A stretch of 32,000 nt of DNA from Schaalia meyeri (GTDB lineage: Bacteria > Actinomycetota > Actinomycetes > Actinomycetales > Actinomycetaceae), in the NCBI RefSeq assembly GCF_900105015.1, contig NZ_FNLK01000008.1, positions 120,001-152,000 of the forward strand, given 5' to 3'. The translations under genes were made by a program, and so were the position numbers. A model generated the notes under the pieces. The model was not told the origin of the DNA. It saw only the letters and a program-made list of their open reading frames with translations, and did not search any database. Below, in pieces: positions 19,116-26,738 of the stretch; position 1 is the stretch's first letter; each line of letters opens with the position of its first letter.

Positions 19116-20261
19116 ATGCCTGTTTCTCTCTCCTCCACACCAATCCGCGTCCTGATGGACGCCACCGCGATTCCCGCGAACCTGGGGGGTGTGGGACGCT
19201 ACGTGGATGATCTGGTACCCGAACTGGAAAACCAGGGCGTGAAACTGACGATGGCCGTGCAGGAGCGCGACGCGGAACACTTCGCCAGGCGCTTGCCATC
19301 CGCTCGCATCATTCCCATTTCCCCGCGCTTCGAATCGCGCCCGACGCGCATGGCGTGGGAGCAGACGGGCCTCCCCTCCCTCGTTCGCAAGGTTCGCCCC
19401 GACGTCCTTCACTCCCCGCACTACACGTCGCCGCAGTTCCCGGGCGCGCCTGTCGTCATCACCCTGCACGACGCGACTTTCTTCTCTCACCCCCAGGCCC
19501 ACTCGCGCCTGAAGCAACGCTTCTTCACGTACGCCATCCGGCGGGCGATCCGCCGCGCCTCGGCGCTGGTGGTCCCATCTGAGGCAACGCGCGACGAGAC
19601 GATCAAGTACGCGGGCGGGGACGCCTCCCAGTTCTACGTCGCCTATCACGGGGTGGACCGGGCGATCTTCCACCCGGTGGATGACGCCGAGCGCGAGCGC
19701 GTGAAGGAATCCCTCGGGCTGGCGGGGCGAGACTACATCGGTTTCCTGGGCACGCTGGAGCCCCGTAAGAACGTCCCGAACCTGGTACGAGGATGGGTGA
19801 AGGCCGTGTCCGAGCGCCCGGATCCCCCCGCCCTGGTCCTGGCCGGCGGAAAGGGGTGGGACGAGGACATCGACCCGGCCCTGGCCTCGGTCCCCCATCA
19901 ACTGACGGTGCTGCGCCCCGGCTACCTGCCCCTGGAGGACCTGCCCGGTTTCCTGTCGGGTTGTCTCGTCCTGGCCTACCCGTCGATCGCGGAGGGCTTC
20001 GGGCTGCCCGTCCTGGAAGCCATGAGCTGTGGAGCCGCGACGCTGACGACTCGCCTGACCTCCCTGCCCGAGGTTGGCGGGGACGCCGTGGAGTACTGCG
20101 ACACGGACCCCGATTCCATCGCCCACGCGCTGGCCGCCCTGCTGGAGGCCCCGGCGCGGCGCGCCGAATTGAGTGAGGCCGCTATCCAGCGCGCGAGCGA
20201 GTTCACGTGGGAACGCGCTGCCCAAGTCCACGCACAGGCCTACCGCGCGGCCGCCGCCTGA
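19116..20261 (+). CDS. GT4 (GT-B) glycosyltransferase
   Basis: 'LGGVGRYVDDLVPEL' and 'YPSIAEGFGLPVLEAMSCGAATL' (E-x7-E) are present. ATG 19116 has GGGGA 5 nt upstream. The listed ORF start at 18699 lies inside the divergent gene and is rejected; ATG 19071 remains an alternative. Confidence 0.8.
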   Translation: MPVSLSSTPIRVLMDATAIPANLGGVGRYVDDLVPELENQGVKLTMAVQERDAEHFARRLPSARIIPISPRFESRPTRMAWEQTGLPSLVRKVRPDVLHSPHYTSPQFPGAPVVITLHDATFFSHPQAHSRLKQRFFTYAIRRAIRRASALVVPSEATRDETIKYAGGDASQFYVAYHGVDRAIFHPVDDAERERVKESLGLAGRDYIGFLGTLEPRKNVPNLVRGWVKAVSERPDPPALVLAGGKGWDEDIDPALASVPHQLTVLRPGYLPLEDLPGFLSGCLVLAYPSIAEGFGLPVLEAMSCGAATLTTRLTSLPEVGGDAVEYCDTDPDSIAHALAALLEAPARRAELSEAAIQRASEFTWERAAQVHAQAYRAAAA

Positions 20262-20300
20262 CCAATCCCCATCACACAGATAGCACGAGGAAAGAACTCC

Positions 20301-21854
20301 ATGGCCCCCGCCGATCTTCCCAGCAGTGACACCGAGGAAAAAACCACCATCCTCTCCCGCATCCGCTTTCGTCCAACGCGCCGCCAGTGGCGAATCCTCG
20401 CCGTCATCGCCCTCATCGCCTCCGTGTTCGGGACGGGCGTGGCGTGGGCCGTTTCCTCACCGATTGGCGCCTCACCGGACGACGACTATCACCTGGGGTC
20501 CATATGGTGCACTCCCCCGCTGTCCAAATCGGGATGCGCGACGGGATACACGGACAAGAACACGTACGGCCCTATCGTTCCCGAAACGATCGCATCAAAC
20601 CACGTTGCGTGCTACGCGTTTCACGGGCAGGATTCCGCCGCCTGCGTCAATAAGCTCTCCGACGAACGCTCGGTCGTGACCGACCGCTGGGATGACGGAA
20701 ACTACCCGTGGGGTTACTACCAGTTCCACCACCACTTCATCTCTCATAACACGCACCGCGCAGCCCTGGTCATGCGCGTCATCAATCTGAGCATCGCCCT
20801 GATCCTGCTCGGGAGCATCGGCGCACTCATGCCGCCTTTCCTGCGTCGCGGCTACGTTCTGGCGATGCTGGCCGCCTGGACTCCCATGGGGATCTACTTC
20901 ATCGCCTCGAACAATCCCTCGTCGTGGGCGTTCAGCGGCGTCCTTGCCTTCGCCGCGGGATTGTGGTCCGCCACCCACACCGACGGCTGGCGCCGGTGGG
21001 CTCTGATGGGCACGGCCGCGGTGGGCGCGCTCCTGGCGTGCACGTCACGCGCAGATTCGGCGTTCTTCCTTTTCGTCGTCTCCATGGCCCTGGTTTTCGC
21101 GGTTCGCTGGCGACGCAACCGTTGGCCCGAGGGGGTGCTCGCGGCTGTTTCGTCCGTCGTCGGCATTCTCGTCATGAATTCCACGAGCATGGCTTCCAAC
21201 AACCTGACGTCGACGAATGCCGCCAAGATGTCCTTCATTCAGGCGCTCGCGGCAAATCTGCATTCCCTCCCCCAGTTCTTTTCCGGCTTCTACGGGTATC
21301 GCTGGGGACCGGGATGGATGGACGTGTCCTACGACGGCTCCGTGTCGACGGTTGGCCTCCTTGTCAGCGGCGCCGTGATTATCGCCAGCGCGCGATGCTG
21401 GTCATGGCGCAAGGCGATGACCGCGCTGATGGTGGTGGGGGCGATGGCGGGGGTCCCCACGGCCCTGGGCATTCTCCAGAGGTTCAACAACGTAATTGAC
21501 TACCAGCCCCGCTACATGATGCCGCTGCTGGCTGTGTTCTTCTTCTTTATGCTCACGATGGATCGACGCGATCGCACTCTCACGCGCCCGCAGGCATCCA
21601 CGCTCGGGGTTCTGCTGGGCGGGATGCACTTCTACGCCCTGTTTGTGCTGCTGCTGCGCTACACGCACGGTTCCGCGGCGACTAACACTCTCAACCTGAG
21701 CAAGACGGCGGCGTGGTGGTGGAAAAACGCGCCGATCGGCCCGAACATGGTGTGTTTAATCGGCTCCGTTTCCTTTATCGCAGCCCTGGCTCTCTCTCTG
21801 CTTTTAACGCGCGAGGAGCCGCTGGGGCGGGGAAGCGCCGCGGCTGAGGCTTGA
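20301..21854 (+). CDS. DUF2142-like polytopic membrane protein (possible GT-C-like glycosyltransferase)
   Basis: A 517-aa ORF with more than 10 hydrophobic segments and an early periplasmic-loop motif, 'SPIGASPDDDYHLGSIWC'. That motif is as recalled for DUF2142 proteins in rhamnose-polysaccharide loci. GAGGAAAG lies upstream of the ATG. Confidence 0.6.
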   Translation: MAPADLPSSDTEEKTTILSRIRFRPTRRQWRILAVIALIASVFGTGVAWAVSSPIGASPDDDYHLGSIWCTPPLSKSGCATGYTDKNTYGPIVPETIASNHVACYAFHGQDSAACVNKLSDERSVVTDRWDDGNYPWGYYQFHHHFISHNTHRAALVMRVINLSIALILLGSIGALMPPFLRRGYVLAMLAAWTPMGIYFIASNNPSSWAFSGVLAFAAGLWSATHTDGWRRWALMGTAAVGALLACTSRADSAFFLFVVSMALVFAVRWRRNRWPEGVLAAVSSVVGILVMNSTSMASNNLTSTNAAKMSFIQALAANLHSLPQFFSGFYGYRWGPGWMDVSYDGSVSTVGLLVSGAVIIASARCWSWRKAMTALMVVGAMAGVPTALGILQRFNNVIDYQPRYMMPLLAVFFFFMLTMDRRDRTLTRPQASTLGVLLGGMHFYALFVLLLRYTHGSAATNTLNLSKTAAWWWKNAPIGPNMVCLIGSVSFIAALALSLLLTREEPLGRGSAAAEA

Positions 21855-21903
21855 CTGCTCGGGGCCGAGGAGACGCGGATTCTGCGAGACAGCAACACCC
21901 TGC

Positions 21904-21933
21904 GTTCACAAAATGAACAAAAGGTGCTAAGCT
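21904..21933 (+). promoter_or_regulatory. Candidate sigma-70-type promoter for the lic operon, with an overlapping inverted repeat
   Basis: TTCACA (21905-21910), a 17-nt spacer and TAAGCT (21928-21933) lie in an unusually AT-rich 125-nt gap. The inverted repeat GTTCA-N5-TGAAC (21904-21918) overlaps the -35. This is motif inspection only. Confidence 0.3.
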
Positions 21934-21971
21934 CGAACACGCAGTAATCAAACCGTCGAATGAACGAAAGG
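21912..21971 (+). repeat. Two copies of the 13-mer AATGAACNAAAGG in the licCA leader
   Basis: The copies are AATGAACAAAAGG at 21912-21924 and AATGAACGAAAGG at 21959-21971, a 12/13 match. The second copy runs into the Shine-Dalgarno sequence (AAAGGGGGAG). Confidence 0.5.
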
Positions 21972-21979
21972 GGGAGAGC

Positions 21980-23815
21980 ATGCCTCCCTCCACCACAGGC
22001 CCCCTCACCGAGCCCCAGTTCAACATCCTCTCCGCTCTGCTCGAGAGGGAGCGCCCGCTGACCCAGCGCACCCTGTCAGAGGTCACCGGCATGAGCCTGG
22101 GTCGCGTCAACACCGCGACCCGCGAATGCGAAGCCCTGGGATACATCAACGATCGCGCGATCACGCGGTCCGGCCGCGAGGCCCTGGACCCCTACCGCGT
22201 CACGGGCGCCGTCATCATGGCCGCCGGCACGTCCTCCCGCTTCGCCCCCATCAGCTACGAACGCCCCAAGGGCACGCTCAAGGTGCGCGGAGAAATACTG
22301 GTCGAACGCCAGATCCGTCAGCTCCACGAAGCCGGTATCACCAACATCACGATGGTGGTCGGCTACAAAAAGGAGTACTTCTTCTACCTCGCGGATAAGT
22401 ACGGGGTCACCATCGTCGTCAACCGCGAATACGCCACCCGCAACAACAATGGCTCCCTGTGGCTCGTGAAGGATCTCCTGGACAACACCTACGTGTGCTC
22501 CTCCGATGACTACTTCACGACCAATCCCTTTGAGCCCTACGTGTACAAGGCCTACTACTCGGCGAACTTCGTCAAGGGGCCCACGCCCGAGTGGTGCATC
22601 AAGGTGGGCCCTGCCGACAGGATTACGGGCGCGACCGTGGGCGGCGCTGACGCGTGGGTCATGCTCGGTCACGTCTACTTTGACCGCGCCTTCTCCGAGC
22701 AATTCCGTGCCGTCTTGGAGCGCGTGTACTCGCTCCCGGAGACCGCGTCGAAGCTGTGGGAGGCCATCTACCTGGACCACATCAAGGCATTCGACATGGT
22801 GATCCGCCGATACCCGGAAGGCGTCATCCACGAGTTTGATTCGGTCGATGAGCTGCGCAGCTTCGATCCCCTGTTCATGGAGAACGTCGACTCGGAGGTC
22901 TTCGATCACATCGCCGCTACGCTTCACTGCGCGAAGTCGGACATCCGCGACTTCTATCCGCTTAAGCAGGGCATCACGAACCTGTCGTGCCACTTCGCTG
23001 TGGGCGACGCCGAGTACGTGTATCGCCATCCCGGCATCGGCACCGAAAAGATCGTGAACCGCGGCGCCGAATTCGCGGCCCTGCGGCTGGCAGCAAAGCT
23101 GGGCATTGACGACACCTTCGTCGCGGGCGACCCGGGATCCGGCTGGAAGATCTCACACTTTGTGTGCGGCGTTCGCAACCTGGACGTCACCAGGGACGAG
23201 GAACTTCGCTCTGCCATGGAAATGGACCGCGCGCTGCACTCCTCGGGGCAGGTCCTTGATCGCTGCTTCGATTTCATCGCGGAGGCCGACCGCTACGAGG
23301 GGCTGCTCAAGCAGTTCGGACCGATTGACGTGCCCGGCTTTGAGGAGCTTCGCGATAAGGTGGCGCGCCTGAAGGCATTCGCCGACGCCGACGGCTTTGA
23401 GGTGGTGCCCTCCCACAACGATTTCTTCCCGCCCAACTTCCTGGTGGCGCCCGACGGCGCGATCAGTCTGATCGACTGGGAGTACGCGGGCATGTCGGAC
23501 GTGGCAGCAGACTTCGGCACGATGGTCGTGTGTACGCCCGAGATGACCCGCGAGCGCGCACGGGCCGCCCTGGAGTTTTACCTGGGCCGCGTACCGACCC
23601 AGCACGAGGAGCGCCACTTCTTCGCCTACGAGGTCTTTGCGGGGTGGTGCTGGTACGTGTGGGCGCTGGTCAAAGAGGCCGAGGGGGACGACGTGGGCGA
23701 GTGGCTCTACACCTACTACTCGCACGCGACGCGCACGCTTGATGCCCTGCTCGCCTCGTACGAGGCCTCCTCCAGCCCTCGCGACACCGCTCCTCGAGGG
23801 GGTGAATCGGCATGA
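21980..23815 (+). CDS. Triple fusion: winged-helix (MarR-like) domain + LicC-type CTP:phosphocholine cytidylyltransferase + LicA-type choline kinase
   Basis: - aa 1-75: 'EPQFNILSALLERERPLTQRTLSEVTGMSLGRVNTATRECEALGYI' looks like a wHTH.
- aa 76-300: these residues align by eye with S. pneumoniae LicC. Shared patterns include 'AVIMAAGTSSRF...PKG', 'VVGYKKEYFFYLADKYGVTIVVNREYATRNNNGSLWLV' and 'IHEFDSVDELRSFD'.
- aa 300-611: 'HNDFFPPNFLV' and 'LIDWEYAGMSD' are the Brenner and choline-kinase motifs. Confidence 0.85.
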   Translation: MPPSTTGPLTEPQFNILSALLERERPLTQRTLSEVTGMSLGRVNTATRECEALGYINDRAITRSGREALDPYRVTGAVIMAAGTSSRFAPISYERPKGTLKVRGEILVERQIRQLHEAGITNITMVVGYKKEYFFYLADKYGVTIVVNREYATRNNNGSLWLVKDLLDNTYVCSSDDYFTTNPFEPYVYKAYYSANFVKGPTPEWCIKVGPADRITGATVGGADAWVMLGHVYFDRAFSEQFRAVLERVYSLPETASKLWEAIYLDHIKAFDMVIRRYPEGVIHEFDSVDELRSFDPLFMENVDSEVFDHIAATLHCAKSDIRDFYPLKQGITNLSCHFAVGDAEYVYRHPGIGTEKIVNRGAEFAALRLAAKLGIDDTFVAGDPGSGWKISHFVCGVRNLDVTRDEELRSAMEMDRALHSSGQVLDRCFDFIAEADRYEGLLKQFGPIDVPGFEELRDKVARLKAFADADGFEVVPSHNDFFPPNFLVAPDGAISLIDWEYAGMSDVAADFGTMVVCTPEMTRERARAALEFYLGRVPTQHEERHFFAYEVFAGWCWYVWALVKEAEGDDVGEWLYTYYSHATRTLDALLASYEASSSPRDTAPRGGESA

Positions 23816-24786
23816 TTACACGCCACGGAGGTAAGCGCTTTGGCATCTTTTCGGGCGCCCTGTGGGGCCTGGATACGGTGGTTCTGGCGATCGCTCTGGC
23901 GATGACGCCCTTTGCCTCGTTCGGGCAGTCGGCGCTGGCCGGGGCGGTCCTGCACGACGTCGCGTGCGCCCTGATCCTGCTGGCGTACATGGCGATTCGC
24001 GGGCGCCTGACGGACACGGTTCGGGCGCTGCGCACCCGGCCGGGGCGCGCGGTGATTGCGGCGGCCCTGCTGGGAGGCCCATTCGGCATGAGCGGGTACC
24101 TGATTGCGATCGATAACATCGGACCGGGTCCAACCGCCATCATTTCGACGTTCTATCCTGCCCTGGGGACCCTGTTGGCCTTCGTCCTCCTCAAGGAACG
24201 CATGGCGCCGCGCCAGATCATGGCTCTGCTGGTGGCCCTGGCTGCGATCGTGGCGACCGGTTGGTCGGCGACCTCGGAGTCGGTCGAGGGCGGTAACGCC
24301 ATCCTGGGTGTCGCGGGCGCATTGGCGTGCGTCATCGGGTGGGGGTCCGAGGCCGTCATCCTCACGTGGGGCATGCGCGACGAGGCCGTGGATAACGAGG
24401 TGGCCCTGCAGATCCGCGAATCGACTTCTGCTCTGGTCTATCTCTTTGTCGTCGCGCCCATCACCGGTGTTTTCGGCTTCACGCTGCACGCCCTGGGTCA
24501 CCTGTCAGCGGGCGTGGCGCTGCTCGCCGGCCTGGCGGGGACGGCCTCGTACCTGTTCTATTACAAGGCCCTGTCGTTGATCGGCGCGTCGCGCGGCATG
24601 ACGCTGAATATCTCGTATTCGGCGTGGGCGGTCATCTTCGCTCTCGCGCTGCAGGGAACGGTGCCCACCGCGTTCCAGGTCCTGTGCTGCGTCGTCATCC
24701 TGGTGGGGACGATCCTGGCGGCGACCTCCTCGTGGGGTGAGCTGCTTCCCAAGCGCACGGCTACCGTCAGCGATGACCAGCCGTGA
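23812..24786 (+). CDS. DMT/EamA-type permease, LicB-like (putative choline transporter)
   Basis: A 324-aa ORF with about 10 hydrophobic segments, Gly/Ala-rich as in the drug/metabolite transporter fold. ATG 23812 overlaps the licCA stop (ATGA). Its position between licC/A and licD parallels known lic loci. Confidence 0.7.
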   Translation: MITRHGGKRFGIFSGALWGLDTVVLAIALAMTPFASFGQSALAGAVLHDVACALILLAYMAIRGRLTDTVRALRTRPGRAVIAAALLGGPFGMSGYLIAIDNIGPGPTAIISTFYPALGTLLAFVLLKERMAPRQIMALLVALAAIVATGWSATSESVEGGNAILGVAGALACVIGWGSEAVILTWGMRDEAVDNEVALQIRESTSALVYLFVVAPITGVFGFTLHALGHLSAGVALLAGLAGTASYLFYYKALSLIGASRGMTLNISYSAWAVIFALALQGTVPTAFQVLCCVVILVGTILAATSSWGELLPKRTATVSDDQP

Positions 24787-24843
24787 GACAATGGCTGGTG
24801 GGCGCGCGTGCGCCCACCAGCCACCCCACCCGGAGGACTTATG
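24756..24843 (+). repeat. Direct repeat copy A (licB 3' end, stop, hairpin, SD and licD1 ATG)
   Basis: 24756-24793 matches 25770-25807 at 37 of 38 nt. A hairpin region with indels follows, then the identical 12-mer GGAGGACTTATG. The offset between copies is 1014 nt. Confidence 0.9.
24795..24820 (+). repeat. Perfect GC-rich hairpin (11-bp stem, 4-nt loop) 9 nt after the licB stop
   Basis: CTGGTGGGCGC-gcgt-GCGCCCACCAG. No T-tract follows, so it is not a canonical intrinsic terminator. It may be an intercistronic RNA stability, processing or attenuation element. Confidence 0.6.
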
Positions 24844-25800
24844 ACAACACCCCGCAGTGACCTGCGTAAGCTCCACATGCTGCTGACCTTCATCCTGGCC
24901 GAGTTTGATCGGGTGTGCTCACAGATCGGCGTCACCTATGCGCTCTACGGCGGCAGCACGATCGGGGCGGTCCGCCACGGCGGTTTCATCCCGTGGGACG
25001 ACGACATCGACGTCTTCATGATTCGTCAGGACTACGAACGCTTCCTGCGTGAGGCCCCCGATCTCCTGGCCCAGGGGTTCCGCATCGACAATCAGCGGAC
25101 GGTGCCCCGCTACCATCTATTGTTTTCCAAGCTCGGCCTGGACGGGACCGTGTTTCTCTCTCAGGGGGAGGTTAACCCCGACTACACCCCTCCGATTTTC
25201 CTGGATATTTTCCCGCTGGACGCTGTTCCCAGCGATCAGCGTCGCTTCCGTGCGATGCGCCGCCGGACCTGGTGGTGGGGGCGCCTGCTGTTCCTGTCGG
25301 GCATTCCGACGCCGAAACTGCCGGACATGGCGCCGTGGAAGCGATCCCTGGTGCACGCGGTCACGCGAACGGCGAACGTGGCGTTGCGGGCCTGCCGCCT
25401 GTCCCCCGTCGCGCTGTATGAACGCTGGGAGAAGGCGGCCCGGTCGGCCGAAGACGAAGCGACGGACACCTACACGGACTTCACGATGCGCGACCCGCAG
25501 AACTGGATCGTTCGCCGCGACGAGTTGCTGCCGACGCGCCGCGTTCCTTTTGAGGCTATCGAGGCCCCGGTCCCCCGCGACGTGGAGGCGTTGCTGACGC
25601 GAGGCTACGGCGACTACATGCGGATTCCTGACCCTGCCGACCGCCTCACCCACCTGCCAGAAAAGATCCTCTTTGGCAGCTACGATCCCGACCGGGGAGG
25701 CGTCCCGGACCTCCTGGCACCCCGCGACCCGGCGGATTCGTCCCCCGGGGACGCGAACACGACCACGCACACGGCTACCGTCAGCGACGACCAGCCGTGA
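24841..25800 (+). CDS. LicD family phosphotransferase, paralogue 1
   Basis: 'YALYGGSTIGAVRHGGFIPWDDDIDVFM' is the LicD/LICD signature. ATG 24841 is preceded by GGAGGA. The C-terminal tail TATVSDDQP is identical to that of the upstream permease. Confidence 0.85.
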   Translation: MTTPRSDLRKLHMLLTFILAEFDRVCSQIGVTYALYGGSTIGAVRHGGFIPWDDDIDVFMIRQDYERFLREAPDLLAQGFRIDNQRTVPRYHLLFSKLGLDGTVFLSQGEVNPDYTPPIFLDIFPLDAVPSDQRRFRAMRRRTWWWGRLLFLSGIPTPKLPDMAPWKRSLVHAVTRTANVALRACRLSPVALYERWEKAARSAEDEATDTYTDFTMRDPQNWIVRRDELLPTRRVPFEAIEAPVPRDVEALLTRGYGDYMRIPDPADRLTHLPEKILFGSYDPDRGGVPDLLAPRDPADSSPGDANTTTHTATVSDDQP

Positions 25801-25856
25801 GACAATGACGGGTGGGCGCGCACCCACCAGCTATCATCCACAGTGGAGGACTTATG
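25770..25856 (+). repeat. Direct repeat copy B (licD1 3' end, stop, degenerate hairpin, SD and licD2 ATG)
   Basis: See copy A. Both copies encode T-A-T-V-S-D-D-Q-P-stop. Confidence 0.9.
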
Positions 25857-26711
25857 GCGACACCCCAGAGCGACCTGGCCAAAGTGCAGAAGCTTCTGAC
25901 GTTGATCCTGGCCGAACTCGATCGTGTCTGTCAGCTCATCGGGGTTTCCTACGCGATCTACGGAGGCACCGCTATCGGCGCGATTCGCCACGGCGGTTTC
26001 ATCCCGTGGGACGACGACATCGACGTGATGATGACGCGCACCGACTACGAGCGCTTTCTCGTTCAGGCGCCCCAGCACATGGATGAGCGCTTCCGCTTGG
26101 ACAACACCCGCACGCGCGACGACTTTCCGTTCATGTTCACGAAGATGGTGATACCCGGGACCCTGCTCGTCCCAGAAGCGGCCCGTGATTCGACGTATCG
26201 GATGCCGTTTTTCCTCGACATTCTCCCCCTGGATGAAATTCCCTCCGACGAGGAGGCTTTCCGTGCGATGTCTCGCGCGTCCTGGTGGTGGGGGCGCCTG
26301 CTGTTCCTGCAGGGAACTGCTCGCCCCTACCTCATCAATCCGCCCGCATGGAAAAAAGCCCTGATTTATTCGGCGACGACTGTGGCGCATCTGGGGCTCA
26401 AGGCGCTTCGCGCAACCCCGCGCAGCCTGCAGGCCCGCTGGGAACGTGCCGTTCGTCGTTACGAGGGGGCGGGGACGGGAGTGTACGCCGACTTTACGAT
26501 GCGTGACCCGCAGCATTGGATCGTGCGTGAGGAGGAGTTTTTCCCCACCCGCCGGGTTCCCTTCGAGGATATTACCGTGATGATCCAGCATAGCTACGAC
26601 GCCCTGCTACGCCGGGGGTACGGTGACTACATGCAGTTGCCACCGCCGGACAAGCGCTACAACCACGCCCCCGCCGTCGTTGATTTCGGCCCGTACGAGT
26701 CCATCCTGTAA
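25854..26711 (+). CDS. LicD family phosphotransferase, paralogue 2
   Basis: It carries 'YAIYGGTAIGAIRHGGFIPWDDDIDVMM'. The GGAGGACTTATG context at the start is the same as for paralogue 1. Confidence 0.85.
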   Translation: MATPQSDLAKVQKLLTLILAELDRVCQLIGVSYAIYGGTAIGAIRHGGFIPWDDDIDVMMTRTDYERFLVQAPQHMDERFRLDNTRTRDDFPFMFTKMVIPGTLLVPEAARDSTYRMPFFLDILPLDEIPSDEEAFRAMSRASWWWGRLLFLQGTARPYLINPPAWKKALIYSATTVAHLGLKALRATPRSLQARWERAVRRYEGAGTGVYADFTMRDPQHWIVREEEFFPTRRVPFEDITVMIQHSYDALLRRGYGDYMQLPPPDKRYNHAPAVVDFGPYESIL

Positions 26712-26738
26712 TCCGCCCCCCCTGTTGATCGGACACAC

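Noticed and set aside
17906-19155. The N-terminal 169-codon extension of the GT2 ORF (to 18412), the 405-aa plus ORF 17938..19155, and the 18699 start of the plus-strand GT4
   Set aside because: The extensions are Arg/Pro/Gly junk that overlaps the well-supported GT4 gene 17902..19020. Internal ATGs at 17905 (ATGA coupling) and 19116 (SD present) give family-typical N-termini.
19017-20231. A 404-aa minus-strand ORF antisense to the GT4 gene 19116..20261
   Set aside because: It has no family motifs and a low-complexity composition. The plus frame carries the GT4 E-x7-E signature.
24791-24844. A possible 17-codon upstream ORF (MAGGRACAHQPPHPEDL) ending in ATGA overlap with the licD1 start
   Set aside because: The paralogous junction before licD2 has indels that destroy this frame, and no SD precedes its ATG. 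It is more parsimonious as a by-product of the hairpin sequence.
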